The notes beneath the pieces are model-generated. The model searched no databases. It saw only the letters and a program-made list of their open reading frames with translations, and was not told where the DNA came from. The position numbers and the translations under genes are program-made. Positions 1 to 12,384 of a stretch of 64,000 bases of DNA are shown piece by piece (position 1 is the stretch's first letter; each line of letters opens with the position of its first letter). The stretch lies in NCBI GenBank assembly GCA_051294375.1, contig CM119264.1:26908755-26972754 (forward strand), given 5' to 3'. This DNA comes from Paraspadella gotoi. Taxonomy: Eukaryota; Animalia; Chaetognatha.

Positions 1-240
1 TGTTAAATATACAATTTGTTCCAATTTTGACTACCAGGAAACCCATTTAGATTATTAAATATTTAATTAAAGGCGTTTTTTATTTTCAAATAGTCTGTAT
101 TTATCATCTTACTTTTTTTAGCCTTGTAGCTTTTTGATTTAATAGCTTTATTTCTTGTATCACTTTATTTTGGCTGATTCTAACCACGTCTATCTCCACA
201 CTTTGTTTTTGCACTCTTTCCCCAATCGGTCCACTCACAG

Positions 241-684
241 GGAGTCCCGCGGCTCCCGGCTCGCCCCGAAACCGCGCACATCAGTGGCAGTCAACATCCT
301 CGGTGCAAAACTGGTCCGTGTCTCAAGTCACGTCGTGGATCACCTGCTTGGAGATGGAGCAGTACGTGCCAGAGTTGGTCGCCAAGTCCGTCGACGGCGC
401 CGCTCTGCTGCAACTCGATTCCAACAAAATGAAGGTGCCAGTTTAATACTACTACAATAGCTTTGTCTGCAACTTTTCACTTTCACCTAACTCCATTACC
501 CACTTAATTCTCTTTCCAGCATCTCGGCATAAACAGCACCGACCGAACGATTCTGAAGAAAAAGATCAAGGACCTCAAGGTGACGGCGGAGAGAGAGAAG
601 AAGGCGGCGGAGAAGGAGCGAAAAGAAGCGGAGAAACGCGCCAAGAAGGAAGGCGCTTCCTCCAAACGGAAGTTCTTTGCCTGA
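241..684 (+). CDS. 3' end (last two exons, 241-434 and 520-684) of a SAM-domain neurabin/spinophilin/SAMD14-like gene; upstream exons lie outside the window
   Basis: Acceptor cag at 238-240; GT-AG intron 435-519 with cctaac branch-like motif. Spliced translation ...VQNWSVSQVTSWITCLEMEQYVPELVAKSVDGAALLQLDSNKMK|HLGINSTDRTILKKKIKDLKVTAEREKKAAEKERKEAEKRAKK...FFA* is a SAM domain followed by a charged coiled-coil tail, as in neurabin-family C-termini. It is not in the ORF track because the reading frame differs. Confidence 0.85.
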
Positions 685-1389
685 GTCTCTATTTTTTCTT
701 TAAAAAAAAAAAATCACCCTTTTCTTTTCTTCACCGATCATCGTCAACGGCTAGGGCGGCGTGGACGGATCATGCCCGTATCTATTATAAAAAAAATAAA
801 TCTTCCTTTTTGCCTTTTTTTATTTTGATTAAAATTTTATATTTTTATTACTATTATTATCATCATTTGTTTAATTTCGCAGCCTTCGTTTTCTAGTCTG
901 AATAAGCATTTTAATATAACGTGTTGGTTGAGACCAGTCTTTTTTAACGTTTTCGAATTTTGAATGTTTTTTCATTCACAATATGGTTATTTATTCCAAA
1001 CCATGTTAATATTTTATTTCTTCTCATACATCTAATGTATTCTTTACTAAATATTAGTATCAAGCAATAAAATATGCTGATAAGGAGCCCTTGAGGAGCC
1101 CAATAGAATTTTTTTTGTATTATTTTAAATTTTTGTTTGTTGTAACGTCCACTATTAGCGCATATGTTGTAAATGTTTGTATGGCATCTCATGATCAATT
1201 AAATTTGTTAACAGTTTTTTCGTAGCCTAAAATTATTAAGTTCGTAGCTTATGTAAAATGATGACATTTGAATTTTAGCTAGATTTCCTATGAATGACTC
1301 AGTTTTTTGAAAAACTCTGTTATGGACCAGCTGTTCAAAGTGCTCCCTATCATTGGAATTGTCCTTTTACATGTTAATCATATGATATA

Positions 1390-1620
1390 AAATAGGCGGG
1401 AGTTGGCATTTGTTTGAACGTTACCGCCAACTGGAGGGTTCAGTCAGTCTCCTGAAAATGTCAATGGCGTCGAAGTCAGATCTTGGAAGCCAGACATCCA
1501 ACCGCGAAGCCAGGAACGCATCCAATCAACGTTCTCCTCTGAAATCACGTGAGAAAATAAGCCAATCCCTGAGAAGTTCAGTTCAAAAGATCATTTTCTT
1601 TGTCCGTTACAGTCCAACGT
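1390..1620 (+). promoter_or_regulatory. Candidate FoxN promoter (E2F-like sites, two CCAAT boxes, E-box, Inr)
   Basis: TAGGCGGGA ~1393, TTACCGCCAA 1421-1430, CCAAT at 1522 and 1562, TCACGTGA 1545-1552, TCAGTT 1578-1583, inside a CpG-enriched patch. The FoxN exon at 4805 starts with a splice acceptor, so an upstream start is needed. Confidence 0.5.
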
Positions 1621-1980
1621 ATTTTCGGAATATTTTGAAACAGATTTGAATTTTTTTTCCCCAAAAATAAAAATAATGTCGAAACTACCTGCTCGCCTTC
1701 GGGAAACTAATAATTATGCGTCGATATTGAAATTTTGGGCGTTTTAAAGTAAAATATTTTACATTTTATTATTGAAAGTTTAAAATTTTTAGGCGTATTT
1801 TTTTTTTAATTAGATTTTATACTCTAAATCTTTAATCACACTGTATTATTTATAATCCTGCAGTTACAAGTTTTTTTAAATTAAAGCCCTAATCTTTTAC
1901 TGAAATTTCAAGTAAGTTTAAAAATTAACATCAAACAATCGCATAAGAGAAAAATGCTCTAATGGTAATATTTTATAACT

Positions 1981-2435
1981 TTGTCGCCTGATGTGTTGTG
2001 GGCGGAAAGTGCATCACCAGGTTGAGGCATGTCGCCTGAAAGTGTTGTTGTTGCTGTTGTGTTCGGAAGACGGGCTCACCAATGAAGAGACAGTAATTAT
2101 TGATAAGTGTTAATGACAGAACCGTTCAATATAAGCAGTAAGGCGTAGTGAAAGTTACATACAAAAATTCTAAATATCAATTATGAACAACATACCATCA
2201 GTAAACTTTAATTTGTAAAAAAAAATTAATTTTATGTTCAATTTTTGCAGTAGGCTATATTTATATATAGTACTACTCCTATAACACCATGTTACAGGCG
2301 GGTTAAGCGCCCCGTCCCTCTTAACTGCTAGGCGACCACCGGGCTAGAACCCCGGACCTTTGGGTTGGGAGGCGAATGATTTGCCTCCAGCACCAATGGC
2401 CGCTGATGAACGGTTGGTGGATTTTAGTCTACCAT
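1981..2435 (-). mobile_element. tRNA-Gly-like SINE-type repeat copy, interrupted at ~2140-2280 by one arm of a foldback MITE
   Basis: Reverse complement matches 61911-62492. Head GGCCATTGGTGCTGGAGGCAAATCATTCGCCTCCCAACCC...GGTTCTAGCCC has A-box and B-box-like motifs and a CCC anticodon-like position. Confidence 0.7.
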
Positions 2436-2829
2436 AAATCATGTTTTAATAATACCCCGTGTCCGTTTGCGAGTGACATTAAAAAAATCTTTACTATACT
2501 TTAAATATATAATAAATTTAATTCATAAGTTTATCATTAGTTGGAGAACTACTTCACGTCTTTTATGTATAAGTTTCATTAGCCTAATGATTAGGTGTTT
2601 AATTTTTTTACTATTCTTAGTTTAATTTTTTATCTAACTCAGTAAAATTGGTGAAAAAAGACCATTTAGACGTGTTCTTGATTGAATTTTTTAAAAAAAC
2701 TTTATATTATTAGAAATCCTTATTAATGGTAATTATTGGGAATTATTATAATGTTGAGTAACTGAATAATGAATTTTTATTTATTTGTATTTGTTTGTAT
2801 TATTTAATTGTAAACTTAAGTTTTCATTA

Positions 2830-3810
2830 TACAATTTGTCCAATTGGCGATCCCGGAGTTGAATTCGCTCTGGAGGCTTATGGGAAAACAAAGAGAAAGA
2901 AGAGGAAAAAATAAAGTTCGTTTCTTTACGGAAAAGAAAATTTAAGACAGTAATAATAATGATATTAAAAACGTTTTTAAGCTTTACGAGCTAAGGATTT
3001 CTTTTTAATTCTTTAAAAAATTTAATTATAATATTTTTTTTATTGTTTTTGATAGATATTTACAAAATAAGTTTTTATTTGTGATAACCACGATCATTTA
3101 ATAATTCGGATATGTTTTGGTTCTTGTTTTTTGATCCTTCATCAACCAGTTTTAATAATAATAATAAATATTTAGATATTAACTTTGAGAGATAGAGAGG
3201 CAATTTTAACTTTGATATTTCTCACTCTCTCCGAATTATTAAATGACCATTGTAATCATAAATAAAAACTGTTACTTTATAAATATTATTATTATATTTT
3301 TTATAAATTTATTAATATTTAAATATTCTTTTTTGAAATGTTAAATTGTATACTTAAACCAAAACTTAATTCTAATTTACCCTTAACTTACCCCTCACCC
3401 AAACTTACCCCTAACTTACCCTTACCCCTAACTTACCCCTACCCCTAACTTACCCTTACCCCTACCCCTAACTTACCCCTAACCCTACCTTACCCCTAAT
3501 TTATTTTTAACCTTAATTTATTTTTTTAGTTAATTTATACTTATTTTTAATTTATTCTTTATTATAATTTATTGTAATTTTAATTTTTACCCAAATATAT
3601 ATTGGTTGTACCAATTTCATATAACAAAAATATTTTAAAAAAATTATGATATCTGAATTCTTTTATTTTTTTTCCCCAAAATGTTATCCTCTTCCGTTCC
3701 ATTTCATTCCTCTTCTTTTTTCCGTTAATTTTTTAGGAAAAACCTTGCTCTTCGTTTTCCTGTAGGCCTCCATAAGGCATTGATCTCCAGGAATGCCTTC
3801 CCGGATAATT
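2830..3810. mobile_element. Degenerate inverted-repeat element with internal telomere-like repeats
   Basis: ~2845-2900 is an imperfect reverse complement of ~3740-3800 (ggc..tcc.ggag...tggaggc...ggaaaac.aagag). A related end appears at ~8-40. Confidence 0.5.
3376..3500 (+). repeat. Interstitial telomere-like degenerate repeat (CCCTAA / CTTACCC mix)
   Basis: cttacccctaacttacccctacccctaact... array. Confidence 0.8.
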
Positions 3811-3997
3811 CTTAATTTAATGGTGTAAATAAATTTTAAAATTTTTTATAAATTAATAAATAATTAATTTATATTAATTTTTTTTAAAGATTTAGTTTTT
3901 TAATAAAGATGAAACTAGATGACCATTGAAGAAAGGTTGTTTTACATAAGTTAATATCAAATTAATCTTATGAAATTTAAATATAATAAACGTCCAG

Positions 3998-4567
3998 TAA
4001 GGCGTAGTAAAATTTTTAAATTCAACTTTAATTAAAATTCTAAAAGTGAGGAACGAACAACATTATACTGATGAACATTTATGTATAAAAAAAATTATAA
4101 TAAATTTTACAATTTATGCAGTAGGCCATATTTATATTAGTACTAATCCAATAGATGTTAAAATTTTAAAACAGTTTTTTTAAAGATTTTGTTTTGCATA
4201 TTTGGATTCGTCATAAAAAGTTGATAAAAAGAAATATAATTCTTTTTGAAAAATTCCTTCATTAAGTGGGTCAAAAATTCGAAAAAACTATATTTTAAAT
4301 GGAAAATTATTTTTTTATATATTAAATATAGTTTTTTAAAATTTTTAACCCACTTAATAAAAGAATTTTTAAAAATGATTTATATTTTCTTTTATCAACT
4401 TTTGACGAGGAATTCAAATCTGCAATCAAAATTAAAAAAAGCTTATTTTAAATTTTTTTGATTTTATAAGGATAGTACTTTATATAAATATATGTTAATG
4501 TTTACTGATAGTATGTTGTTCATAATTGACATTTAGAATTTTCGTATGTAACTTTCACTACGCCTTA
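3998..4567. mobile_element. Foldback MITE with long TIRs and an 8-10 bp TSD (MULE- or hAT-like)
   Basis: Ends (T)AAGGCGTAGT...ACTACGCCTT(A); flanking direct repeat AACGTCCAGT at 3989-3998 and 4567-4576. Nearly the whole element is palindromic. Related fragments occur at 2140-2280 and ~62520-62780. Confidence 0.85.
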
Positions 4568-4838
4568 ACGTCCAGTACTTTGCTATAGAATTAGAATGAG
4601 GAAAGAAAATTTTAAAAAATATATATCCAATGAGAAATGGTACGCATTTATTTGGTGTCACTCTCGAACGGACACGGGGTATTAATTCTTATTATGAACC
4701 AAATGAATTCGATTACCTTAATAATTTGACTAGATAAGGGGTGATGGTTTAATTTTTTTTTTCACTTTAGCCATAATATAATAAGTCTCCTTTCCCACAT
4801 TCAGCTCCGTATGTCGATGCGTCGCGGCCTTAAGTAGG

Positions 4839-7830
4839 ATGAGCAGTTTGATCTCCGGACCCTTCAACTCTCGGGGGTCCCGGCAGGCGTCTCCCAGTCT
4901 CCCTTCAATGAGCACTGGAGGCGTCGGCGGAGGCGGCGTCGTCGGAGGAGACGCTTTGCCCTCAGCGACCATAACCCCGGCGGCGACAACTACAACTTAC
5001 CAAGCGGAGGATTTCCTCAACATCCCCAACGACATGGCGCAGATGTTGGAGGCGGAGATGAACGAGATTCTCCACGGCGGCGGACTCGGCTCCGCCTTCG
5101 GCCCGCCGGGCTCTCAATTAGACGCGGATTCGACGGCGCCGTTTTTCATGCGTCTCGATACTCCGGGGCCGGACGAACTCCCGAGTCTCGACTCCTTCGA
5201 TCCGCTCAACTTCGGCGTCAACCTCGAGTCGGACTTCGAGGGCAAATACGCGAGCCTTCTGTCCGGCGAGGCGCCCAACCTCTCTTCGGACACATTCTGC
5301 GGGAGGATGTCTTCGAGCGTGGTCGTCGATCGAGCCACTCTCACGACATCTCCCTTTTCTTCGTTTCTCTTCGACTCCAACTCTCAGCCCGGCAGCGTCG
5401 GAAGCACCGGAAGCGGGATCAACAGGAATCCCATACTCATGGTGGACCCGCAGACGGGGATTCCCAATCAGCCGATGGTGCCGACGACGGTCTCGCAAAA
5501 CGACGACAACGATTCTTCAAAACTCTGGTCGGAAACGACGACGACCAGGACCGTGAGTTCGTCGTCGCTCTCGTTCGCCACCAGACCCTCAATCGCCGCC
5601 CCTCACTTGCCTTTCCCTGCGCCGGCGACGCAATCGGGAGCGGTTGCCGCCGCCGCTTCCCAGTGTGACCGCGACGTGCACATGATGTCGCCGCCACCGA
5701 CTAAACCATTTGTCAAGAGCGAGGCCACTTTCGCCGGCGAGAATTCCAAGTCTTCCGAGGCTCGGGTGGCTCAATCCGCCGCCGCCCAAAATGTCCCCGT
5801 CAAATCCGAGGAGAGTTCTCAAGTTTGGAGTCAACTCCAAACCATTTTGCTCAGCGGCACCAACGGCCCGATCTCGAGCAGCCTGCTGCAGCAATTGCAG
5901 CCGCTGCTGTCGCAACAAAAATCCAAGAATATAATCGTCCAGGCAAAGGCGTTGACGCCGACCTCGTCGTCCGAGTCAGCGACTCGCGCCACCCCGCCCG
6001 CCGCCAACGGCCCCACGAGCTTTCAAACCGTGCAGATTCTCAAGTCGGGCGCGCCCGGCTCCGTCAACGGCACCAAGACCGTCGTCTTTCGCGGGGGAGA
6101 TGTCCCCAAAGCCCCCGCCTCCGTCGGCACTCCCCAGGGCGCCTTTAGCACGCCGACCACGATGGCCGCGGCTCCTACGACGCCCTTCGGAACCGCAGTC
6201 TCGTCCGCCGCGCAAGGTGCTAATCGGAACGGCGCCGCGTTATCGTCCTCCGCCGCCTCCTACCCTAACCTCAGCTCCCCCTCGGAGGCGCGGAGCGGAT
6301 GCAGCGTATCGTCGGAAAACTCGGACGAGGATTCGCAGGAAGTTGGCCACACGGACGGAGAATCGGACAATCCCTTTCCCAAGCCAGTCTACTCGTACAG
6401 TTGCCTTATCGCGCTCGCCCTCAAGAATAGCAAGACTGGAAGTTTGCCCGTCAGCGACATTTACAATTTTATGACGTGAGTAAAGCGAGAAATAAATATT
6501 AAATTTGAACAATCAATATAAAATTATTCATTCATACAATAAACAAGCTATCTTCCCCCTGACTTTAATCAGGCTATGGTACTTTAATAGATAAAAATAT
6601 AATAATAATATAATAATAATAAGCTCTCAATCAAGTGATTTAAGTGATATAATAATTTTTAATCGTTTCCATTGAATTAAATGACCTCTCCCTTAATTAT
6701 GTATCGGGGTATACAAAATACAAGGTTCTAAATATTATGAAATTAATAATGCCAATATAAAATTAATCATTCATTCATTCATTAAATAGGTTCTCATGCC
6801 CCTGAGTTTGGACGGTCTATTTGATTCACATTCGAGTAAAGTTTACTCCGTACTAATAATAATAAATGTTTAAATTTAAAAAAAAAAGTCCCCATCTATT
6901 CACAACCCTTTATATCGTTCAATTCAGCGATAACTTTCCTTACTTCCGTACCGCTCCCGACGGATGGAAGAACTCTGTACGACACAACCTCTCTCTCAAC
7001 AAATGCTTCGAGAAAATAGAGAAACCCGGAGCCAACGGCCAAGGGTCACGGAAAGGATGCCATTGGTCGCTCAATCCGCTCAAGTTGGAGAAGATGGAGG
7101 ACGAGATCATCAAGTGGCGAAAAAAGGATCCTCAGGGCGTGCTCAGGAGCATGTCTTATCCCGGTAAGGAAATGTGATAGTTCACAGAAGCCGTGAGCTG
7201 TTAGTAGATGTCTTTTCACTTTTGTTGAGCCTTTGTAGCCTACACCCGTTAAGCTTTTTTCGTCGAATTTATTGCAATGTAGATAAGCAGCGTTGGGGGT
7301 CGGGTTTTTTTTTAAAGATAGTTTTCTTCCAACTGTTACAGTTGGTTACCTCTTGAAATAAAACTTTACTATCGCAACTTAACCTCTCTCCTTTCGTGTC
7401 TCCCCACCGTTCCACAGAAAAACTGGAATCGATCGAGCGCGGAACCATCACGTCCTCGAACTACTCCGAATTCTCTCACCTTCGCGATCCCCGTCTTTTG
7501 TTCGAAACTCATTCCGACGAACCCGAGTCCCAGTCAGTCCCGTCGCAAGTTCCCAGCGTCTCCTATCCCGCCAAACAAATGGTAAAGATGTCCGATCTCG
7601 GCACCGCCCTGCAAAAGGACGCCATCAAAAAGGATCGCGACATTTCCACCATCGACGTCTCGGTCCGCCACGAAGTCCCGCCCACCCAGTTGACAACGAC
7701 GGGAAATATCTTGGCCTCGCTGAGCGGAATCGCCGGCGGCTCCAACTCCATTAAGTTTTCCTTTTCTCCCGGAACGAATCGCGGAAAGTCTTTGTCCCAC
7801 TTGACGTCCATCCTTTCCAATCAGACTTAG
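4839..7830 (+). CDS. FoxN1/4: Forkhead box N1/4 (jumu-like) transcription factor; exons 4839-6475, 6928-7163, 7418-7830
   Basis: Forkhead domain [33 protein letters not shown]|[32 protein letters not shown]...[10 protein letters not shown], followed by the FoxN1/4-type KWRKKDP..RSMSYP|EKLESIERG. Both introns are GT-AG and in phase. The exon has an acceptor at 4803-4804, so the true N-terminus could extend slightly upstream. Confidence 0.95.
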
Positions 7831-10800
7831 CCTCCAGTTTTTTGTGTTTCACCCTGGTGTGATGCAGTTATTTTGTTTTTTAGACGTCGAGAAAAGGGGC
7901 AGTTGATTTCCTGGTTGATTGGCTGAAATTGTTATTTTGAAAACTTCTTCCGCTACAGGAGGTCGTCTAAATTTTCTGGAGATTAGTTAACAAACCCATG
8001 CATTTGAGGAGTCTTTGAAGTATGTGTGCAGAAGGAATTAAATACGCGTGTGTTTTGTGGTTTTCGTTTGGTTAAATTAATTCTGAAAATGTTCTACTTC
8101 GGACCGTAGTACTTAAACGTACGTTATTGCTACTAATTATTTGCTAACATTTGCACATAAAACGATTATTTTTTACAAAAAATAATACGCGACGGAAAAA
8201 AAAAATTATTTCAGGGTTTTTTAAAGCTTAGCTATTTAGGTACGTTTGTTGTGAAAACTGCTTCTGCTATTGCAGTGACTTAACGTAGAGGAATTTGCCT
8301 TCCCTACTGATTGTGTGCTCATTCATTTTCTTTTTACACGATTTTAAAAAAGTTACTCTTCATTGCTGTGGTTTGAAGTTTTATAGAATTGCCTTCAATG
8401 TATATCATTGTGTAAATCATGTGACCTGGCCTCTAAGAGGCTACATTTTAGTATGGGTTACAACGGATTGTTTTAAATTACTTAATTTGTTATTTTTAAA
8501 TTAAATTGTTACGATATTGACTAGATTTATTTTATTTTTTGTATCTTTAGAAATTAGAATATTTAGAATTATTTTTGAGTATTTACTATTTATTATCTAG
8601 TGATAGTCAAAATAAATAGTTGAATATCTATGTAATTCGAGATTTGTATAGACTATGCGAGCTGAAAATAATTCGGTTCGTTTCACATTAAGCCGCTTAT
8701 GCCTATAATTTTAAACAAAACATTTAAATTTAATGTTACGAAAAATAATAAAATTTTAAAAAAACACCGAATCCAAGGAGTTTTTTCTCGGAGCCAAGGA
8801 AGCTCGCAAGTCGCAACCAACGAAAAGCTCATGCAAGTCTTTGCGTCGATCAATAAAAACCCCGCCGCTCTTATTGTTCCTTTATACATGGCGTCTTCGT
8901 TAAAAAAAAACGAAAACTCTCGCCAATTGCCAATAATCCTTATTAGATTGAGACTTGTCGGGAAGAAGGTCCTCCCCCATCCCCCTTAAAGAAACCGCCC
9001 TCCCGCTTTCATCATGCGCCACCAAGCGACGCAAGCGGAAATTCATCAGAATCCGGAATCGCGGAGCAGACGCAACCTTCATTAGGTCGCGGGCCCGCCC
9101 CCCACCTCATTTCCGCCCTCCAATTGATTGGCTTCCGGTCGGACGTTCGGATCCCTTTTTTGAGGGGGGGATGAATATGGGCATCTCATTCCTAATACTT
9201 TTTGTAGTACATTTTTTTCAACATTAATCGTTTGTTAGTAACGACCGCTAGGAGAGAAGTCGCATCAGTGGTCAAACGAAGCTTTATCTGACGCCGCTGA
9301 GGGCCTAGCGTTTGGCCCGATTCTGCTCCAGACTCCGGAGCGACAAGTCTTAACTCTTTTTAAATCCCCTGGAGGGCGCGGCATCGGAGGCGACGCGGCG
9401 CTGCCGCTTTCCGCCGGCGCTGCGGGGCTCGAGATGCAGAATCGCTGAATTTGCAAGTTTGACTCCGAAGATGAGTTGGTGCCAGTCGAGAGAGAAGAGG
9501 ACCAGAGAGAGAGAGAAAAAAAAATTGCTCCTCCACTTTCTCGCTCTTTTTTTTTCTCGTAACTATGGTACAGAAAAAAATCCTAAGCCCATTGCTAGTT
9601 GCCATTCTTCCGACGAAATTATTCTACAACACAGATGACAAGAAAATAGTATATTTACTGAGTCTCTTAAATAGTTTTTTGTTATTTCTTATCTGGAATT
9701 AATTAATTATATTTGATAGTTAATAATCAATCCCGAGTCATTGTTTACAAGTTTACTATCAGCTGTTCACTTTTTTTATTTGATTTAAAAAGACCAAAGC
9801 TGCATTAATATCGTCTAACGAAATATTCTTATTTACTATATGCACAAGACGTATCAAAGGTTTATTATTATTCAGAATAAGTCAAAATTCAAAGTTAAAA
9901 TTCGGCGCTCAATGTTAGAAAAAGCGCTAAGAATTGAACGGCAATTATGTTTTACGAACTTTCACATAATTAAATCTCATAAATTAAAGGTTTAGACGAC
10001 CTCGACAAAGGTCATCTTTGCTTCCTCGATGGGTTTTACTCATTTATGACGAAACTTTTTTTTCTTTTTCCCATTTTTCCAATAACTTTCCCTTCTCGAT
10101 CTTTCCACCCATCGATCCGATGAACCTTCTCCTCTTGGGGAAACCAATTGAGCAAATCTTTGCTTTATTCATATTTCGTCCCTCTCTCCTCCGGAAACAG
10201 TCGATCCCAAAAATTTCCGTCTAATTCACATCCTCTCTTTCTCTCCTCCCTTCTACCCCCATCGCAAAAAAAAAAAAAAAAAAATGAAAGAAGAATTTCG
10301 CGAAGTGACGCTATTTTGGATCCGTTGGGTTTTTGGACCGGAAGCCTGGAGCCGGACCCGGCCTCGCTTCCGTTTTATCTCGGGAGGCGATTGATGGCCC
10401 GACGCCCGCGGAGGCGACGGCTCGAATCCTCGTGGAGGCGTTTGGTGTCGTGGGGGGGGGAATGGGGCGGAGCGAATGGTGTAGCTGGGGCTCCAGGCGC
10501 CTGGTCGAACGACGTGCCTGGTGGAAAGCGGCGCGGAAAGGCGCGTGGCTGGGAGAAGCAAATTAAGAATCGGTTCTCCAGTTCGGTGAGAGAGAGTGAG
10601 AGAGAGAGACTGACTCAGAGAGAGAAAGGGAGAAACAGGAATGAGGCAAATTAAGCAAATAACGATGGAGAAAAATTGGTAGGAAGCTGTGGTTCGATTG
10701 GATTGGGCGAGGGAGAGAAATGTTGGTCGATGGTGAAGGAATGACGGGGAATGGACTTGCATATTTATAAGCTCACGACAATTATCACACTATAATTGTA

Positions 10801-12313
10801 TGTAAAGTTCTCCTCGGCGAAATTGAGATTTAATTATTAATAATTGTTACTATTGGTACATATTTCAGTGTACGTACATTGCACTAATGATAATATCTCT
10901 TTCTTGACTCAACGTGGACGAACCCCTCTCGAAATATTTCCGTATAAATCTACGAATAAATTCCTAAAAACTAAAAATAGGCGAAACTGCGAAAACGAAA
11001 CTCGTGTTTCGACGGAGCCTCGTTCCGGTTTTTTAACCATTTAGCGCTGACATCGAGTCGTTTCCAACCTCCATTGCTTTTATTATATTATCATAGGCCT
11101 GTCTGTTTTTTAGTGGGGTTTCGTTACGCCCGGAATCTTCGCGTCCGCTACGACGCCAATGTGCTACCATCAACATAAATCGCTCCCCAATCAGCATTTT
11201 TCTCCATCCTCTTTTTTTCTTTCGGCGAGAGGCTTTGGAGAGAAAAGGCCGGGAAATAGGTGGCCGGACATAAGAAATTCAGTTTTGTTTATAAATATCT
11301 AATTAAATCTTAAAAGTTTTGTTAAACAAAATTTAATGTTTCATTCTATACAAGGTTAGGAGAGAGTTTTGGTTTTTTTTAAATCGACCGTTTGCCTCAA
11401 TGCCTTCAAACTTATAATAATAATTAATATAAAAGTCATCTGTCATATATCTATCATTAAGTTTGAAGTCTAAAACTACCTGAGACTCCTTCGGTCCTCG
11501 AGAGACGTCAATGAAGGAAGTCCCCAGAGCGTCAAGCTTTTTTTCCGGTTGAGAAGCGACGCTGGCGCTGCGCCGCCGGACGCGCAGTTGAGACTTGACA
11601 CGTCAGCACCCGAGCGTCTCCCTCGGTTCCTCGAATCCTTCCGCGCACGCAACGCGGTTCTTATTTTTTCATGAAAAAAAAAGAGTGTTATAATATTGTT
11701 TGCGATTTACAAGTTTAGGTTAATTTGACATTGTGGTATAATCCTTTCTTTTCGTTGTGTAATAATTATTAGAAAAGTTTGAAATGAATTTTCAACAACG
11801 ATTTTATTTTTAATAAAAAACGGACATGTTTCGGCTTAACTACAAGCCTTCATCAGCATTAAAAAAGTTAGTGAATTTTGAAACAAATTATGTGCATAAA
11901 GAAAGAGTGAGAGAGAGAGAGAGAGAGAGAGAGGGCAAAGTTTCCAACACAGAGTTGAGAAGGGATAGTGGTCAATTGTGAGGACAGATTTAAGGTGAAA
12001 CAAATAGAGCCAGTTTGTGAAAAGAAATTGAAATGGTGAGAGAGAGAGAGAGAGAGAAGGAGAGAGAGAGAGTGAGAGAACTTGAAAAATAATACATTGT
12101 GCAATGTACAACAAAGATAAATATTGTTTAAAACTTAATGATCAGTGTTAACAATTAACTACTGTGAATAAATAATAAATAATTTTGATATTGTTACGTA
12201 CGATTTCAACAGATCTACCTTGCCTCCGGACTCGTGGTTACTGAAGGACTCTCTTACCAGACAATCACAATAGCAGGATCCCGCAAGCTTTCAATCTTGA
12301 CTCTCTTAGTTGA

Positions 12314-12315
<2 letters not shown>

Positions 12316-12379
<64 letters not shown>
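12316..12379. repeat. (TA)n microsatellite
   Basis: Direct reading. Confidence 0.95.

Positions 12380-12384
<5 letters not shown>

Larger units (their letters stand above)
2455..4679. mobile_element. Non-autonomous Tc1/mariner-type element (TA target duplication) containing nested elements
   Basis: 24-bp TIRs CCCCGTGTCCGTTTGCGAGTGACA / CCCCGTGTCCGTTCGAGAGTGACA (22/24) flanked by TA at 2453-2454 and 4680-4681; no transposase ORF. Confidence 0.8.

Noticed and set aside
155-460. 101-aa ORF from the track
   Set aside because: Wrong frame; the SAM-domain exon is read in another frame between splice sites.
2330-2401. Functional tRNA-Gly gene
   Set aside because: Acceptor and anticodon stems are poor, and it is embedded in a multi-copy repeat.
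2403-2435. CTGATGA as a hammerhead ribozyme core in the SINE-type repeat
   Set aside because: No correctly placed GAAA or stem III/NUH could be built by eye.
5114-6512. Many overlapping ORFs on both strands
   Set aside because: Shadows of the GC-rich FoxN exon.
10148-10762. 168-169-aa ORFs on both strands
   Set aside because: No recognisable domain or convincing splice boundaries; they span poly-A/GA tracts and are better explained as a GC-rich non-coding island.
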